Below, in pieces: positions 1-7,961 of a stretch of 21,319 bases of DNA (positions are counted from its first letter, which is position 1; the number at the start of each line of letters is the position of its first letter). Source of the DNA: an uncultured bacterium. GTDB lineage: Bacteria > Schekmanbacteria > GWA2-38-11 > J061. Location: assembly GCA_964549305.1 (NCBI GenBank), contig CAZJVM010000043.1, positions 1 to 21,319 on the forward strand, read 5' to 3'. The position numbers and the translations under genes were made by a program. The notes beneath the pieces are model-generated. The model was not told where the DNA came from, searched no databases, and saw nothing but the letters and a program-made list of their open reading frames with translations.

Positions 1-114
1 GAGATTTGGATGCAAGGCAAGGAAGTGAACGATGAGCAAGCCCGAAGCATACTGATAGTATGTGAGGGGTTGCGAAGAGTTAAATGACGATGCATGGCGC
101 CAAATCCCGCATCC
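1..114. repeat. Nested-palindrome intergenic element (REP/MITE-like), possibly truncated by the window edge
   Basis: Nested inverted repeats: GAGATTTGG (1-9)/CCAAATCCC (100-108); GCAAGCCC (36-43)/GGGGTTGC (66-73); GCATACT (47-53)-GAT-AGTATGT (57-63). Lies immediately 3' of rlmH. Confidence 0.5.
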
Positions 115-117
115 ACT

Positions 118-582
118 TTATTTGGCATAAGGGAAATTGCGCATTATACAAAACGCCCTGTAAACCTGCTCAAGAAGAAAAATTCTCACGAGATAGTGAT
201 TGAGAGTCATCTTAGATATGGAAAGGCGCGAATGGCATCTAGAAATAAGGTCCTCGGAAAGACCGTGTCTTCCGCCTATGAGTATTGAAATATTTCCGGA
301 ATGATTCTTGAATTCTCTTTCGAGGAGCGCCGAAAATTTATGGGAATCAATTTCCTTTCCCTCAGGTGAAGTGGCAATGATAAATGACCCGGGTATGATA
401 TGTTTCTCTATCTCCTTTGCTTCCCCGTTCATTATCTGATTAGGATTGTCGCTCTTCTTTGCCGGTTTAAGTTCCACGATTTCGGCAGAGGCAAATCTTC
501 GGATACGCTTCAGATACTTCTCTATGATATCCTTCTCAGGTCCCTGTTTTGTCTTGTCAATCCATATGAATTGAATCTTCAA
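118..582 (-). CDS. rlmH: 23S rRNA (pseudouridine-1915-N3)-methyltransferase RlmH
   Basis: 154 aa SPOUT-type protein with IGGRHGL, LSISKMTLNHYLVRIFLLEQVYRAF and terminal FPYAK motifs; TTG start; follows rsfS as is usual. Confidence 0.95.
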   Translation of the reverse strand: MKIQFIWIDKTKQGPEKDIIEKYLKRIRRFASAEIVELKPAKKSDNPNQIMNGEAKEIEKHIIPGSFIIATSPEGKEIDSHKFSALLEREFKNHSGNISILIGGRHGLSEDLISRCHSRLSISKMTLNHYLVRIFLLEQVYRAFCIMRNFPYAK

Positions 583-597
583 CGCATTAACATCCGG

Positions 598-1002
598 TTA
601 GGCGGGCACATCTATTGTTTTGGCATCACCCCATATTCCTTCGAGGTTGTAATAGTCCCGGGTATCCTTCTGAAATATATGTATGACGATATCCGAATAG
701 TCTATTACAATCCACTGGCAAAGGGCATAACCTTCGGCGGAAACGGCGTAATAACCGAGTTTTTTGAATTCCTCCACTATATTGTCCGCAATAGCTTTTA
801 CATTCCTGTCAGACGCGCCGTGACAAATAAGGAAATAATCCGTAACGGTAGTAAGTTTTCTTACATCATAAATCACCGGTTCGAGCGCTTTTTTATCAAG
901 AGCGAGTTTCACCGCCTTTAAAACCATATTTCCCGCAGTCATAGGTGTTTTCGCCTTTTTTTTATCTTTTACTTTTTTCACTGCAGATGCTTTCAATTTC
1001 AT
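598..1002 (-). CDS. rsfS: Ribosome silencing factor RsfS (Iojap)
   Basis: DKKA, DYFLICHG.S.RNVKAIAD, WIVIDYSDIVIHIF, R.YYNLEGIW motifs; nadD-rsfS-rlmH order. Lys-rich N-terminus, exact start uncertain. Confidence 0.95.
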   Translation of the reverse strand: MKLKASAVKKVKDKKKAKTPMTAGNMVLKAVKLALDKKALEPVIYDVRKLTTVTDYFLICHGASDRNVKAIADNIVEEFKKLGYYAVSAEGYALCQWIVIDYSDIVIHIFQKDTRDYYNLEGIWGDAKTIDVPA

Positions 1003-1005
1003 CTC

Positions 1006-1683
1006 CTATAAAAAGATTTTCTCCCCCGTCAGGTATTTTTCCACTTCATCGGGTACAAGATATTTTACTGACTTACCTGCCTTTATTAATCCCCTTATTT
1101 TTGTCGCTGATATATCAAGCAGAATCGAAGAAATGGAATAAAATTTGTAATCGCTTGTATCAATCCCGTAAACGGTTACGGGTCCTTCTTTCTTCTGCTC
1201 CGAAAACTTTATCTCGGGAAAATCCGCTGTAATCGTTTTTCTTAAAACATTTTCAAAATTTTCCTTTCCGAAACCGGGACGTGAAGTGACAATCACATTG
1301 CACGCGCGAATAAGTTTATCAACATGGCGCCAGGTGGCGAATTCTTCAAAGGTATCTATCCCCGATATGAGATAGATATTCTCTTCATACTCCTTCTTAA
1401 ACTCATTTACAGTATCAATGGTAAATGATTTACCGCCTCTCCTGATTTCAATTAGGGACATTTCGAAGAAGGGATTTCCCCCTATTGCGAGTTTGACCAT
1501 TTCCGCCCTGTGGTGAGAGTCGGCAATTCCCGAAATGCTTTTATGAGGAGGAATGTATGAAGGGACAAAAATAATTTTTTTAAGTCCCATTGTCTCCCTC
1601 ACCTCTTCCGCAATTCTCAGATGTCCGTTATGTACGGGATTGAAAGTTCCTCCCAGTATTCCGATTCGCTCTTTATCCGACAT
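1006..1683 (-). CDS. nadD: Nicotinate-nucleotide adenylyltransferase
   Basis: GGTFNPVHNGH (HxGH), PPHK, SFTIDT and ISATKIR motifs. Confidence 0.96.
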   Translation of the reverse strand: MSDKERIGILGGTFNPVHNGHLRIAEEVRETMGLKKIIFVPSYIPPHKSISGIADSHHRAEMVKLAIGGNPFFEMSLIEIRRGGKSFTIDTVNEFKKEYEENIYLISGIDTFEEFATWRHVDKLIRACNVIVTSRPGFGKENFENVLRKTITADFPEIKFSEQKKEGPVTVYGIDTSDYKFYSISSILLDISATKIRGLIKAGKSVKYLVPDEVEKYLTGEKIFL

Positions 1684-1711
1684 TACGCCCTTTATTTATT
1701 CTTCTTTCCTG

Positions 1712-2965
1712 TTACCTGACCTGACCTTCGCCATAGACAACAAACTTCGTAGTGGTCAATTCTTCAAGCCCCATAGGACCTCTGCAATGGAGTTTCTGAG
1801 TGCTTATCCCCATTTCGGCGCCGAGTCCGTATTCGCCTCCGTCAGCAAACCTTGTTGAAGCGTTTACGAAAACCGACGATGAATCAACCTCTCTGATGAA
1901 TCGTTGCGCGTTGGAGTAGTTTTCCGTAACAATGGCATCTGAGTGATGCGAACTGTATGAGTTGATATGCCCTATAGCTTTATCTATGGAATTGACCACC
2001 TTAATGGCAACCTTTAGCTCGAGAAACTCCCTGTGGTAGTCCTCTTCCGAGGCGCTCTTTATTTTGGGAAGTATTTTTTTAGTCGCCGCGCATCCTCTCA
2101 TCTCCACTCCCGCCTTTTTAAATTTCCCCGCGATTAAGGGAAGAAATTTTTTCGCGATAGATTTGTGAACAAGCAATGTTTCCATAGCGTTGCAGACTCC
2201 GGGGCGCTGAACTTTCGCGTTGAAGGCAATATTTACCGCCATATCCGTATCGGCAAAGGAATCCACATAGGTGGTGCATAATCCCTTATCGTGGCAGATT
2301 ACGGGAATCCTCGAATTGTCCTTTACGAAATGAATCAGTCCCTCGCCTCCCCGGGGAATAATCATGTCTATAAACTCGTCAAGTTTCAGCATTTCGAGAA
2401 CAGCTTTTCTGTCCGTAGTCTTTACAATCTGAATGGCGCCTTCGGGTACACCGCACTTCAATGTTGAAGCCGATAGAATCTCCGCAATCGCGCAATTTGA
2501 ATTTATCGCTTCGCTTCCCCCCCGGAGAATTATCGCGTTGCCCGATTTAAGGCACAGCGAAACCGCTTCCGCGGTAACACCGGGTCTTGATTCGTAGATT
2601 ATCCCAATCACACCTACAGGCACGCGCATTCTTCCCACGCGAAGATCGTTCGGCCTTTTCCACATCTTTACTATTTCACCCACAGGGTCGGGCAGAGAAG
2701 CAACATCGCGAATGCTTGCGGCAAGCTTTTCCACTCTCGCCTTATCAAGCTTCAACCGGTCAATCATTGCGGAAGAAAGTCCGTTTTTTTTCGCGTTCTT
2801 CAAATCCCTCGAGTTGGCGTTCACAATTGTTTTATGTTTTTTCACGAGCCCGTCCGCCATCTTAAGGAGAGCATTGTTTTTAACTTCAGTTGAAAGCACC
2901 GAAAGTTTTCGGCCTGCCGACCGGGCAGTCTCTCCCGCCTTTTTAAGCTCTTTTTCGATTGTCAT
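1712..2965 (-). CDS. proA: Gamma-glutamyl phosphate reductase
   Basis: GVIGIIYESRP, LRGGSEA, IIPRGG, CNAMETLLVH, NASTRFADGGEYGLGAEMGISTQKLHCRGPMGL. Confidence 0.98.
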   Translation of the reverse strand: MTIEKELKKAGETARSAGRKLSVLSTEVKNNALLKMADGLVKKHKTIVNANSRDLKNAKKNGLSSAMIDRLKLDKARVEKLAASIRDVASLPDPVGEIVKMWKRPNDLRVGRMRVPVGVIGIIYESRPGVTAEAVSLCLKSGNAIILRGGSEAINSNCAIAEILSASTLKCGVPEGAIQIVKTTDRKAVLEMLKLDEFIDMIIPRGGEGLIHFVKDNSRIPVICHDKGLCTTYVDSFADTDMAVNIAFNAKVQRPGVCNAMETLLVHKSIAKKFLPLIAGKFKKAGVEMRGCAATKKILPKIKSASEEDYHREFLELKVAIKVVNSIDKAIGHINSYSSHHSDAIVTENYSNAQRFIREVDSSSVFVNASTRFADGGEYGLGAEMGISTQKLHCRGPMGLEELTTTKFVVYGEGQVR

Positions 2966-3010
2966 ACAATTAATTCTCCTAAACTTATAAATTAACTATA
3001 AGCACCTAAC

Positions 3011-4144
3011 TCACTCTATTATAACGAGATTATCTCTGTGGATAACCTCACTAACACTTTTCTTTCCAAGAATCGATTCTATCTCCGAAGTCTTCTTCCC
3101 CTTGATTTTTTCAATATCCAAAGCGCCGTAATTTACAAGCCCTCTTGCAAAGGCAATCCCCTTTTCATTGCATATTTCAACTGCATCTCCGGCAGAAAAT
3201 TGCCCGCTTATTTTTTTAATTCCCGTGGCAAGAAGACTTTTCCCCTTTTTTGAAAGCGCGTCGGTTGCCCCCTTGTCGGTTACGATTTGTCCGCGTGGTT
3301 TTATCGTGAAGCCAATCCAGTGTTTTCTCCTTGTCATCCTCTCGATTTTTGGAAGAAAGAGGGTGCCGACCTCTTTTGAGGAAAAAAATTTCGAAACGAC
3401 ATTTTTTTTCTTTCCGCTTGCAATCAATGTGGCAATACCCGAAAGCGATGCCTTTCTCGCTGACTGCACCTTAGCCGTCATTCCTCCGCTTCCGAGACTG
3501 CTTGTAGTTGAATCCAGCACGTCAAAAATCGTCTTGTCGAATCTGTCAACAAGAGGGATTAGCGAATTGGATTTACCGGAATTCCGATTTTCTATGCCGT
3601 TAACATCCGTAAGAAGTATCAGGAGGTTTGCCTCAATCATATTTGCAACCGATGCCGCTAAAAAATCATTGTCGCCAAACCTTATTTCGTCAACAGATAC
3701 GGTATCGTTTTCATTTACTATGGGCACCACTCCGTAATTTAAAAGAGTATGAATCGTGTTGACGGAGTTGAGATACCTCTTCCTCGATGTCAAATCTTCG
3801 TGTGTCAGAAGTATCTGTCCCGTTTTGATGCCGTAACGGGCAAAGGCCTTTTCGTAAATTTGCATCAACCTGCATTGCCCAACTGCCGCAGCTGCCTGCT
3901 TTTCCTTGAGAGTATCTATTTTTCCTTTCATTCCGAGAATGCTTTTTCCCGCTGCAATCGCCCCGGAAGTGACAAAAACGAAGTCATAATTTTTTTTGAG
4001 AGAAGAAAGCTCTTTTACGGCGGCATTTATTCTCTTTGTATTTATTCCTTTCCCTTCATCGGCAAGTACCGCGCTTCCGATTTTAACTACAAAACGTTTA
4101 ACGGAATTCACAAATTTCTGTCTTTCAAAATCCTTTATCTTCAT
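3011..4144 (-). CDS. proB: Glutamate 5-kinase with C-terminal PUA domain
   Basis: VVKIGS, SGAIAAG, KQAAAAVGQ, NENDTV, FGDND, GSGGMTAK, C-terminal EVIHRDNL. Confidence 0.97.
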   Translation of the reverse strand: MKIKDFERQKFVNSVKRFVVKIGSAVLADEGKGINTKRINAAVKELSSLKKNYDFVFVTSGAIAAGKSILGMKGKIDTLKEKQAAAAVGQCRLMQIYEKAFARYGIKTGQILLTHEDLTSRKRYLNSVNTIHTLLNYGVVPIVNENDTVSVDEIRFGDNDFLAASVANMIEANLLILLTDVNGIENRNSGKSNSLIPLVDRFDKTIFDVLDSTTSSLGSGGMTAKVQSARKASLSGIATLIASGKKKNVVSKFFSSKEVGTLFLPKIERMTRRKHWIGFTIKPRGQIVTDKGATDALSKKGKSLLATGIKKISGQFSAGDAVEICNEKGIAFARGLVNYGALDIEKIKGKKTSEIESILGKKSVSEVIHRDNLVIIE

Positions 4145-4151
4145 AATTGGG

Positions 4152-5159
4152 TTACGGCCTTCCCCCCGTTACCAATTCCAAAAGTTTCCAGACCAGCTCT
4201 TTGATTCCTCTGCCTGTTGCGGCGGAAACGGAATAAACATCGAGCCCGCTGATTTTTTTCATTTCTCCTTCCAGCGCCTTGATTTTGCCGCTGTCAGACT
4301 CCAAATCTTTCTTGTTAAGTGCCACAAGCTGTTTCTTTTCCAGCAGTGCCGGATTGTACTCTTCGAGCTCCTTTTTTAGCACACGGAAAGAATCCTGAGG
4401 TTTTTTTTCGTCATAACCTGATAAATCAATAAGATACAGGATAACCCCTGTTCTTTCAATATGTTTTAAGAAACGAATCCCCAGTCCCCTGCCATCGTGC
4501 GCACCTTCAATGAGCCCGGGTATGTCAGCGATTACAAAACTGTTTTCATCATCAGGTGCCACCACACCGAGAGAAGGTTCGAGAGTTGTAAAGGGATAGT
4601 CGGCTGTTTTAGGACGCGCATTGGATATGACGGAAATCAATGTCGATTTTCCCGCGTTCGGAAGTCCCACCAATCCTACATCCGCCATAAGCTTAAGCTC
4701 TAACCTCAGGTCTCTTTCCTCTCCCGCAGTTCCTTCCTCGAAATGCCTGGGAGCCTGATTCGTGGAAGATTTGAAGCGGGCGTTTCCCCGTCCTCCTTTT
4801 CCTCCTTTTGCCGCGATACATTCGGCGCCTTCCCTGTCAAGGTCAGCTATGAGCAAAGAATCCTCTTTGTCGTAAATGAGCGTACCCACGGGGACCAACA
4901 GAATTTTATCGGCTCCGTTTTTCCCGTGAAGTCCCGAACCTTTGCCGTGCACTCCGCGCGTGGATTTAATATGAGGTTTATACTTGAAATCGATTAGAGT
5001 TGATTTTCTTGAAGAAGCCCTGAAGATGACATCTCCGCCGTTTCCGCCGTCGCCTCCGTCAGGTCCTCCGAAAGGAACATATTTTTCCCGCCTGAAGCTC
5101 ACGCATCCGTTTCCTCCGTCTCCGGCTTTGACATACACCGTGGCTTCGTCAATAAACAC
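4152..5159 (-). CDS. obgE: GTPase ObgE/CgtA
   Basis: FIDE...GDGGNGCVSFRREKYVPFGGPDGGDGG Obg fold, GLPNAGKS P-loop, DIPG, NKKD; GTG start. Confidence 0.98.
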   Translation of the reverse strand: MFIDEATVYVKAGDGGNGCVSFRREKYVPFGGPDGGDGGNGGDVIFRASSRKSTLIDFKYKPHIKSTRGVHGKGSGLHGKNGADKILLVPVGTLIYDKEDSLLIADLDREGAECIAAKGGKGGRGNARFKSSTNQAPRHFEEGTAGEERDLRLELKLMADVGLVGLPNAGKSTLISVISNARPKTADYPFTTLEPSLGVVAPDDENSFVIADIPGLIEGAHDGRGLGIRFLKHIERTGVILYLIDLSGYDEKKPQDSFRVLKKELEEYNPALLEKKQLVALNKKDLESDSGKIKALEGEMKKISGLDVYSVSAATGRGIKELVWKLLELVTGGRP

Positions 5160-5182
5160 GCAAAGGCTGGGTTATAATATGA

Positions 5183-5446
5183 TTATTGATTAGCAGGCGG
5201 ATAGACGCTTACTCTTTTTTTGTCTTTCGATACCCACTCGAATGAAACCGTACCGGATATCTTAGCAAAAAGAGTGTCGTCTTTTCCTTTGCCTACATTA
5301 TTTCCGGGCAGGATTTTCGTTCCTCTCTGCCTTACGAGAATCGTTCCGCTGTTAACGCCTTGTCCGCTGAATCTTTTCACTCCAAGCCGCCTTCCGGCGC
5401 TGTCGCGACCATTGCTTGAACTTCCGCCCGCTTTCTTATGTGCCAA
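5183..5446 (-). CDS. rpmA: 50S ribosomal protein L27
   Basis: [15 protein letters not shown]...RLGVK...RQRGT; TTG start. Confidence 0.98.
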   Translation of the reverse strand: MAHKKAGGSSSNGRDSAGRRLGVKRFSGQGVNSGTILVRQRGTKILPGNNVGKGKDDTLFAKISGTVSFEWVSKDKKRVSVYPPANQ

Positions 5447-5494
5447 TTCTTGTTTCTCCCTGATTTATTAATATGAAAAAGGCCTGTTTGACCG

Positions 5495-5806
5495 TCAGCA
5501 AACAATGTCCTTAATCTTTATCACAGAAACAATCTGTCTGTGACCTTTTCTTCTGCGATATTTTCTTCTTCTTTTAAACTTGAAAACAATTACCTTTTTA
5601 TCCTTTTCCGTTTCAACAAGTTCGGCGCTGACACTGGCGTTTTCAAGAAAAGGAGTTCCGACTTTCGTCTCCTTTCCGTCATTTACAAGAAGAATATCTT
5701 TCAATACAATTTCATCTCCCGGATTCCCGTCAAGTTTTTCAACCTTGATTAAATCTCCGGGGGAAACTGTATATTGCTTACCACCCGTCTTGACTACGGC
5801 ATACAC
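5495..5806 (-). CDS. rplU: 50S ribosomal protein L21
   Basis: YAVVKTGGKQY and KGHRQ motifs; GTG start with AGGAGG SD. Confidence 0.98.
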   Translation of the reverse strand: MYAVVKTGGKQYTVSPGDLIKVEKLDGNPGDEIVLKDILLVNDGKETKVGTPFLENASVSAELVETEKDKKVIVFKFKRRRKYRRRKGHRQIVSVIKIKDIVC

Positions 5807-5925
5807 TTTAATTTCCTCCTACCTATAGGATACTGTAAAACAAATTCGCTAAAGTTATTTTTCAAATTAATAACAGACAAAATATTTTCCCGCGGTAAAT
5901 GTTTTTCACTGCCGGAAAGTGCGAA

Positions 5926-5953
5926 ATAATAATTATTTTCAGTTAAAAGTCAA
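5926..5953 (-). promoter_or_regulatory. Putative sigma-70 promoter of the rplU operon
   Basis: Minus-strand TTGACT (5953-5948), 16-nt spacer, TATTAT (5931-5926). Confidence 0.4.
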
Positions 5954-5983
5954 GAAAATAGTTAAAAAGAGATTCCGTGAGAT

Positions 5984-6775
5984 TCAAATTCCCGACACAA
6001 GGGATTCCGCGTAATCACCGACTTTTTTTACAAGCGCAGATTTCCCGAGGTTTGACTCAATAACTTTTATGATGGCACTGCCCACAATGACACCTTCTGC
6101 CATTTTACCCACATAACCTACCTGCTCGGGGGTCGAAATACCGAATCCCACTGAAATGGGCAACTTCGTATACCTTTTAATCTCTTTTATCTTTTTACCT
6201 AAAGTTTTACTTAAACTCTGCCTTGCCCCTGTAACACCCAATACTGAAACATAATAGATGTATCCCCTGCTTGCCCTGCTAACCTTTTTGATTCGCTCAT
6301 AATTGCTTGTGGGCGAAAGAAGAAATATGGAGTCGAACTCATAATCGTCCGCTAATTCTATAAAGCTGTCCGCTTCATCGGGAGGAAGGTCAGGCACAAT
6401 TATGCCGTCCACACCGACCGACTTGAAATCATTGATAAATTTTTCGACACCGTATTTCAGTACGGGATTGTAATAGGTCATAACCACAAGAGGGGCTTCT
6501 ATTTCATTTTTAATAGATTTCAAAAGCCTGTATATCTTCTTCACCGAAGTCCCCCCGTTCAAAGACCTCAATGATGCCTTTTGTATCGTTGGTCCGTCGG
6601 CAATAGGGTCGGAGAAAGGAATTCCGAGCTCGATTATGTCAACGCCGCGCTTTTGAAGCTCAAGGAGAATCCTTCCCGAAGTTTTCAAATCAGGGTCACC
6701 TGCGCATATGTAGGGAATGAACGCGCTTGTGCCCTTTTTGCTTATTTCTTCAAACTTTTTCCCGATTTTACTCAA
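5984..6775 (-). CDS. trpA: Tryptophan synthase alpha chain
   Basis: PYICAGDP, IELGIPFSDPIADGPTIQ, YYNP, IVPDLP, GVTG, VGFGIS, GVIVGSA; TTG start. Confidence 0.97.
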   Translation of the reverse strand: MSKIGKKFEEISKKGTSAFIPYICAGDPDLKTSGRILLELQKRGVDIIELGIPFSDPIADGPTIQKASLRSLNGGTSVKKIYRLLKSIKNEIEAPLVVMTYYNPVLKYGVEKFINDFKSVGVDGIIVPDLPPDEADSFIELADDYEFDSIFLLSPTSNYERIKKVSRASRGYIYYVSVLGVTGARQSLSKTLGKKIKEIKRYTKLPISVGFGISTPEQVGYVGKMAEGVIVGSAIIKVIESNLGKSALVKKVGDYAESLVSGI

Positions 6776-6863
6776 TTTTCAATCTCTGTATTTAAATAAT
6801 TTCAAATGTTGCACTAATTTGTAGCAATCTGTTTCTAATGTAAAAATTTCATTACCCTTATGC

Positions 6864-6917
6864 CTGTAATTAACGTGTTAATCACAGTTTATTCACAAAA
6901 TCTGGGGATAAATCACA
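6864..6917. promoter_or_regulatory. Cluster of DnaA-box-like 9-mers
   Basis: TTATTCACA (6889-6897, matches TTWTNCACA), TTAATCACA (6878-6886), TGGGGATAA (6903-6911, reverse strand TTATCCCCA), plus more degenerate copies, beside an AT-rich tract. Confidence 0.5.
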
Positions 6918-6943
6918 ATCTGCAAATTCAAACCGCATAGCCA

Positions 6944-7525
6944 TTACTTTCCCGCCAGGACGGAGTTTATTTCAGTCAGTTTAGATTTGACGTCGGCGAG
7001 ACGCCTGTCATTGGGAGCATTTTTCAGATAAATTTCCCAATTTTTCTTGGCGCGGAGAAAATCCTTCAAATCATAGTAGGAAACAATGCCCGCATTAAAG
7101 CGGGAATTTATATGGGCGGGGTTTGCATCCGCCGCTTTTTCGAATTCATCCACTGCCCTAAGGAAATCGCCAATGTTTCTGTAGCATATTCCTAAATCGG
7201 TACGCGCGTCGGAATTATCGGGATTCTTCGCAAGATATTTTTCATATTGCTTTATCGCTTCACCGAAAGCGCCTGAGTCAAAATAGGCGTTTCCCAACTG
7301 AAGGCGGATTTCAACATTGTCAGGATCATTTTTTACAAGAGATTCAAGGCGCTTCACGGCAGCTGTAAGTGTAGCCGACGGCGCGGGCGAAGCGGAAGGT
7401 GGAGGCGCCTGCACCCTGTTTGTTATATCAACCTCTTCAGGGCTAAAATACTTGGGCACAGTAACTGCTGACAAAACGCCTAAAGCAAAACAGAGTATAC
7501 CGATTACTATTGTTTCAGTTTTCAT
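6944..7525 (-). CDS. Membrane-anchored or exported tetratricopeptide-repeat protein
   Basis: N-terminal hydrophobic helix (IVIGILCFALGVLSAV), Pro/Ala linker, TPR helices (LQLGNAYFDSG, ARTDLGICY, SRFNAGIV). Confidence 0.85.
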   Translation of the reverse strand: MKTETIVIGILCFALGVLSAVTVPKYFSPEEVDITNRVQAPPPSASPAPSATLTAAVKRLESLVKNDPDNVEIRLQLGNAYFDSGAFGEAIKQYEKYLAKNPDNSDARTDLGICYRNIGDFLRAVDEFEKAADANPAHINSRFNAGIVSYYDLKDFLRAKKNWEIYLKNAPNDRRLADVKSKLTEINSVLAGK

Positions 7526-7724
7526 CCTCTCACTCCTTCAAGTTAAGGGGTGGACATCAAGATTTTTTGCTTTTTTTAACCAAATTATAAATTTTCATTA
7601 CCTTAAAAAAATTTTTTAGTCGAGAAAATAAATATCATCAATATCACTAATTTAAATTTTATAATTGAGGAAAAATGACAAAAAAAGAATCTTCGGTTTA
7701 AAAGAAATACTCAAAAAAATCACC

Positions 7725-7741
7725 TGTCGGATTTTTAGACA
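7725..7741. promoter_or_regulatory. Putative sigma-54 activator binding site (UAS1, PEP-CTERM gene)
   Basis: TGTCGGATTTTTAGACA = TGT-N11-ACA; overlaps a 23-bp direct repeat (7714-7736 / 7779-7801). Confidence 0.75.
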
Positions 7742-7756
7742 CTTAATATCGTGAAT

Positions 7757-7769
7757 ATTCAATATGTTA
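7757..7769 (+). promoter_or_regulatory. IHF-like site between UAS1 and UAS2
   Basis: ATTCAATATGTTA, one mismatch to WATCAANNNNTTR; counterpart at 14431-14443 with the same offset. Confidence 0.5.
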
Positions 7770-7789
7770 TCTAAAAACAAAAAATCACC

Positions 7790-7806
7790 TGTCGGATTTT
7801 TGAACA
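7790..7806. promoter_or_regulatory. Putative sigma-54 activator binding site (UAS2, PEP-CTERM gene)
   Basis: TGTCGGATTTTTGAACA = TGT-N11-ACA, 65 bp from UAS1. Confidence 0.75.
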
Positions 7807-7900
7807 AATTCCGTATTCTTCAATTTGATTTTTTTTCACCAATAATTTTTTATCCATATATTTCAAAAAGTTAAGCGACTTTAAAAAAATTGTCATTTTA

Positions 7901-7916
7901 TGGCATAGAATGTGCA
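7901..7916 (+). promoter_or_regulatory. Sigma-54 (-24/-12) promoter
   Basis: TGGCATAGAATGTGCA: GG (7902-7903)-N10-GC (7914-7915), 47 nt before the ATG of the PEP-CTERM gene. Confidence 0.75.
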
Positions 7917-7961
7917 TGTTTATAAAGTAAGATTGACTTACAATAAAAAGGAGTAGAAAAA

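Noticed and set aside
118-140. rlmH 3' end as an SCCmec-like integration site
   Set aside because: Analogy to staphylococcal orfX only; no recombinase or att repeat is visible in the window.
3037-3045. Perfect DnaA box TGTGGATAA in proB (another at 16465-16473)
   Set aside because: Isolated, inside coding sequence, and compatible with chance.
6944-7525. TPR protein as PrsT of the PEP-CTERM system
   Set aside because: Much shorter than PrsT-type TPR lipoproteins and no clear lipobox; divergent adjacency alone is insufficient.
7714-7801. 23-bp direct repeat as a CRISPR mini-array
   Set aside because: Only two copies, no cas genes, and better explained as paired enhancer sites also found at 14399 and 14461.
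7672-7899. 10-bp inverted repeat AAAATGACAA/TTGTCATTTT flanking the enhancer region, as MITE ends
   Set aside because: Short, AT-rich, no target-site duplication seen and no counterpart at the second locus.
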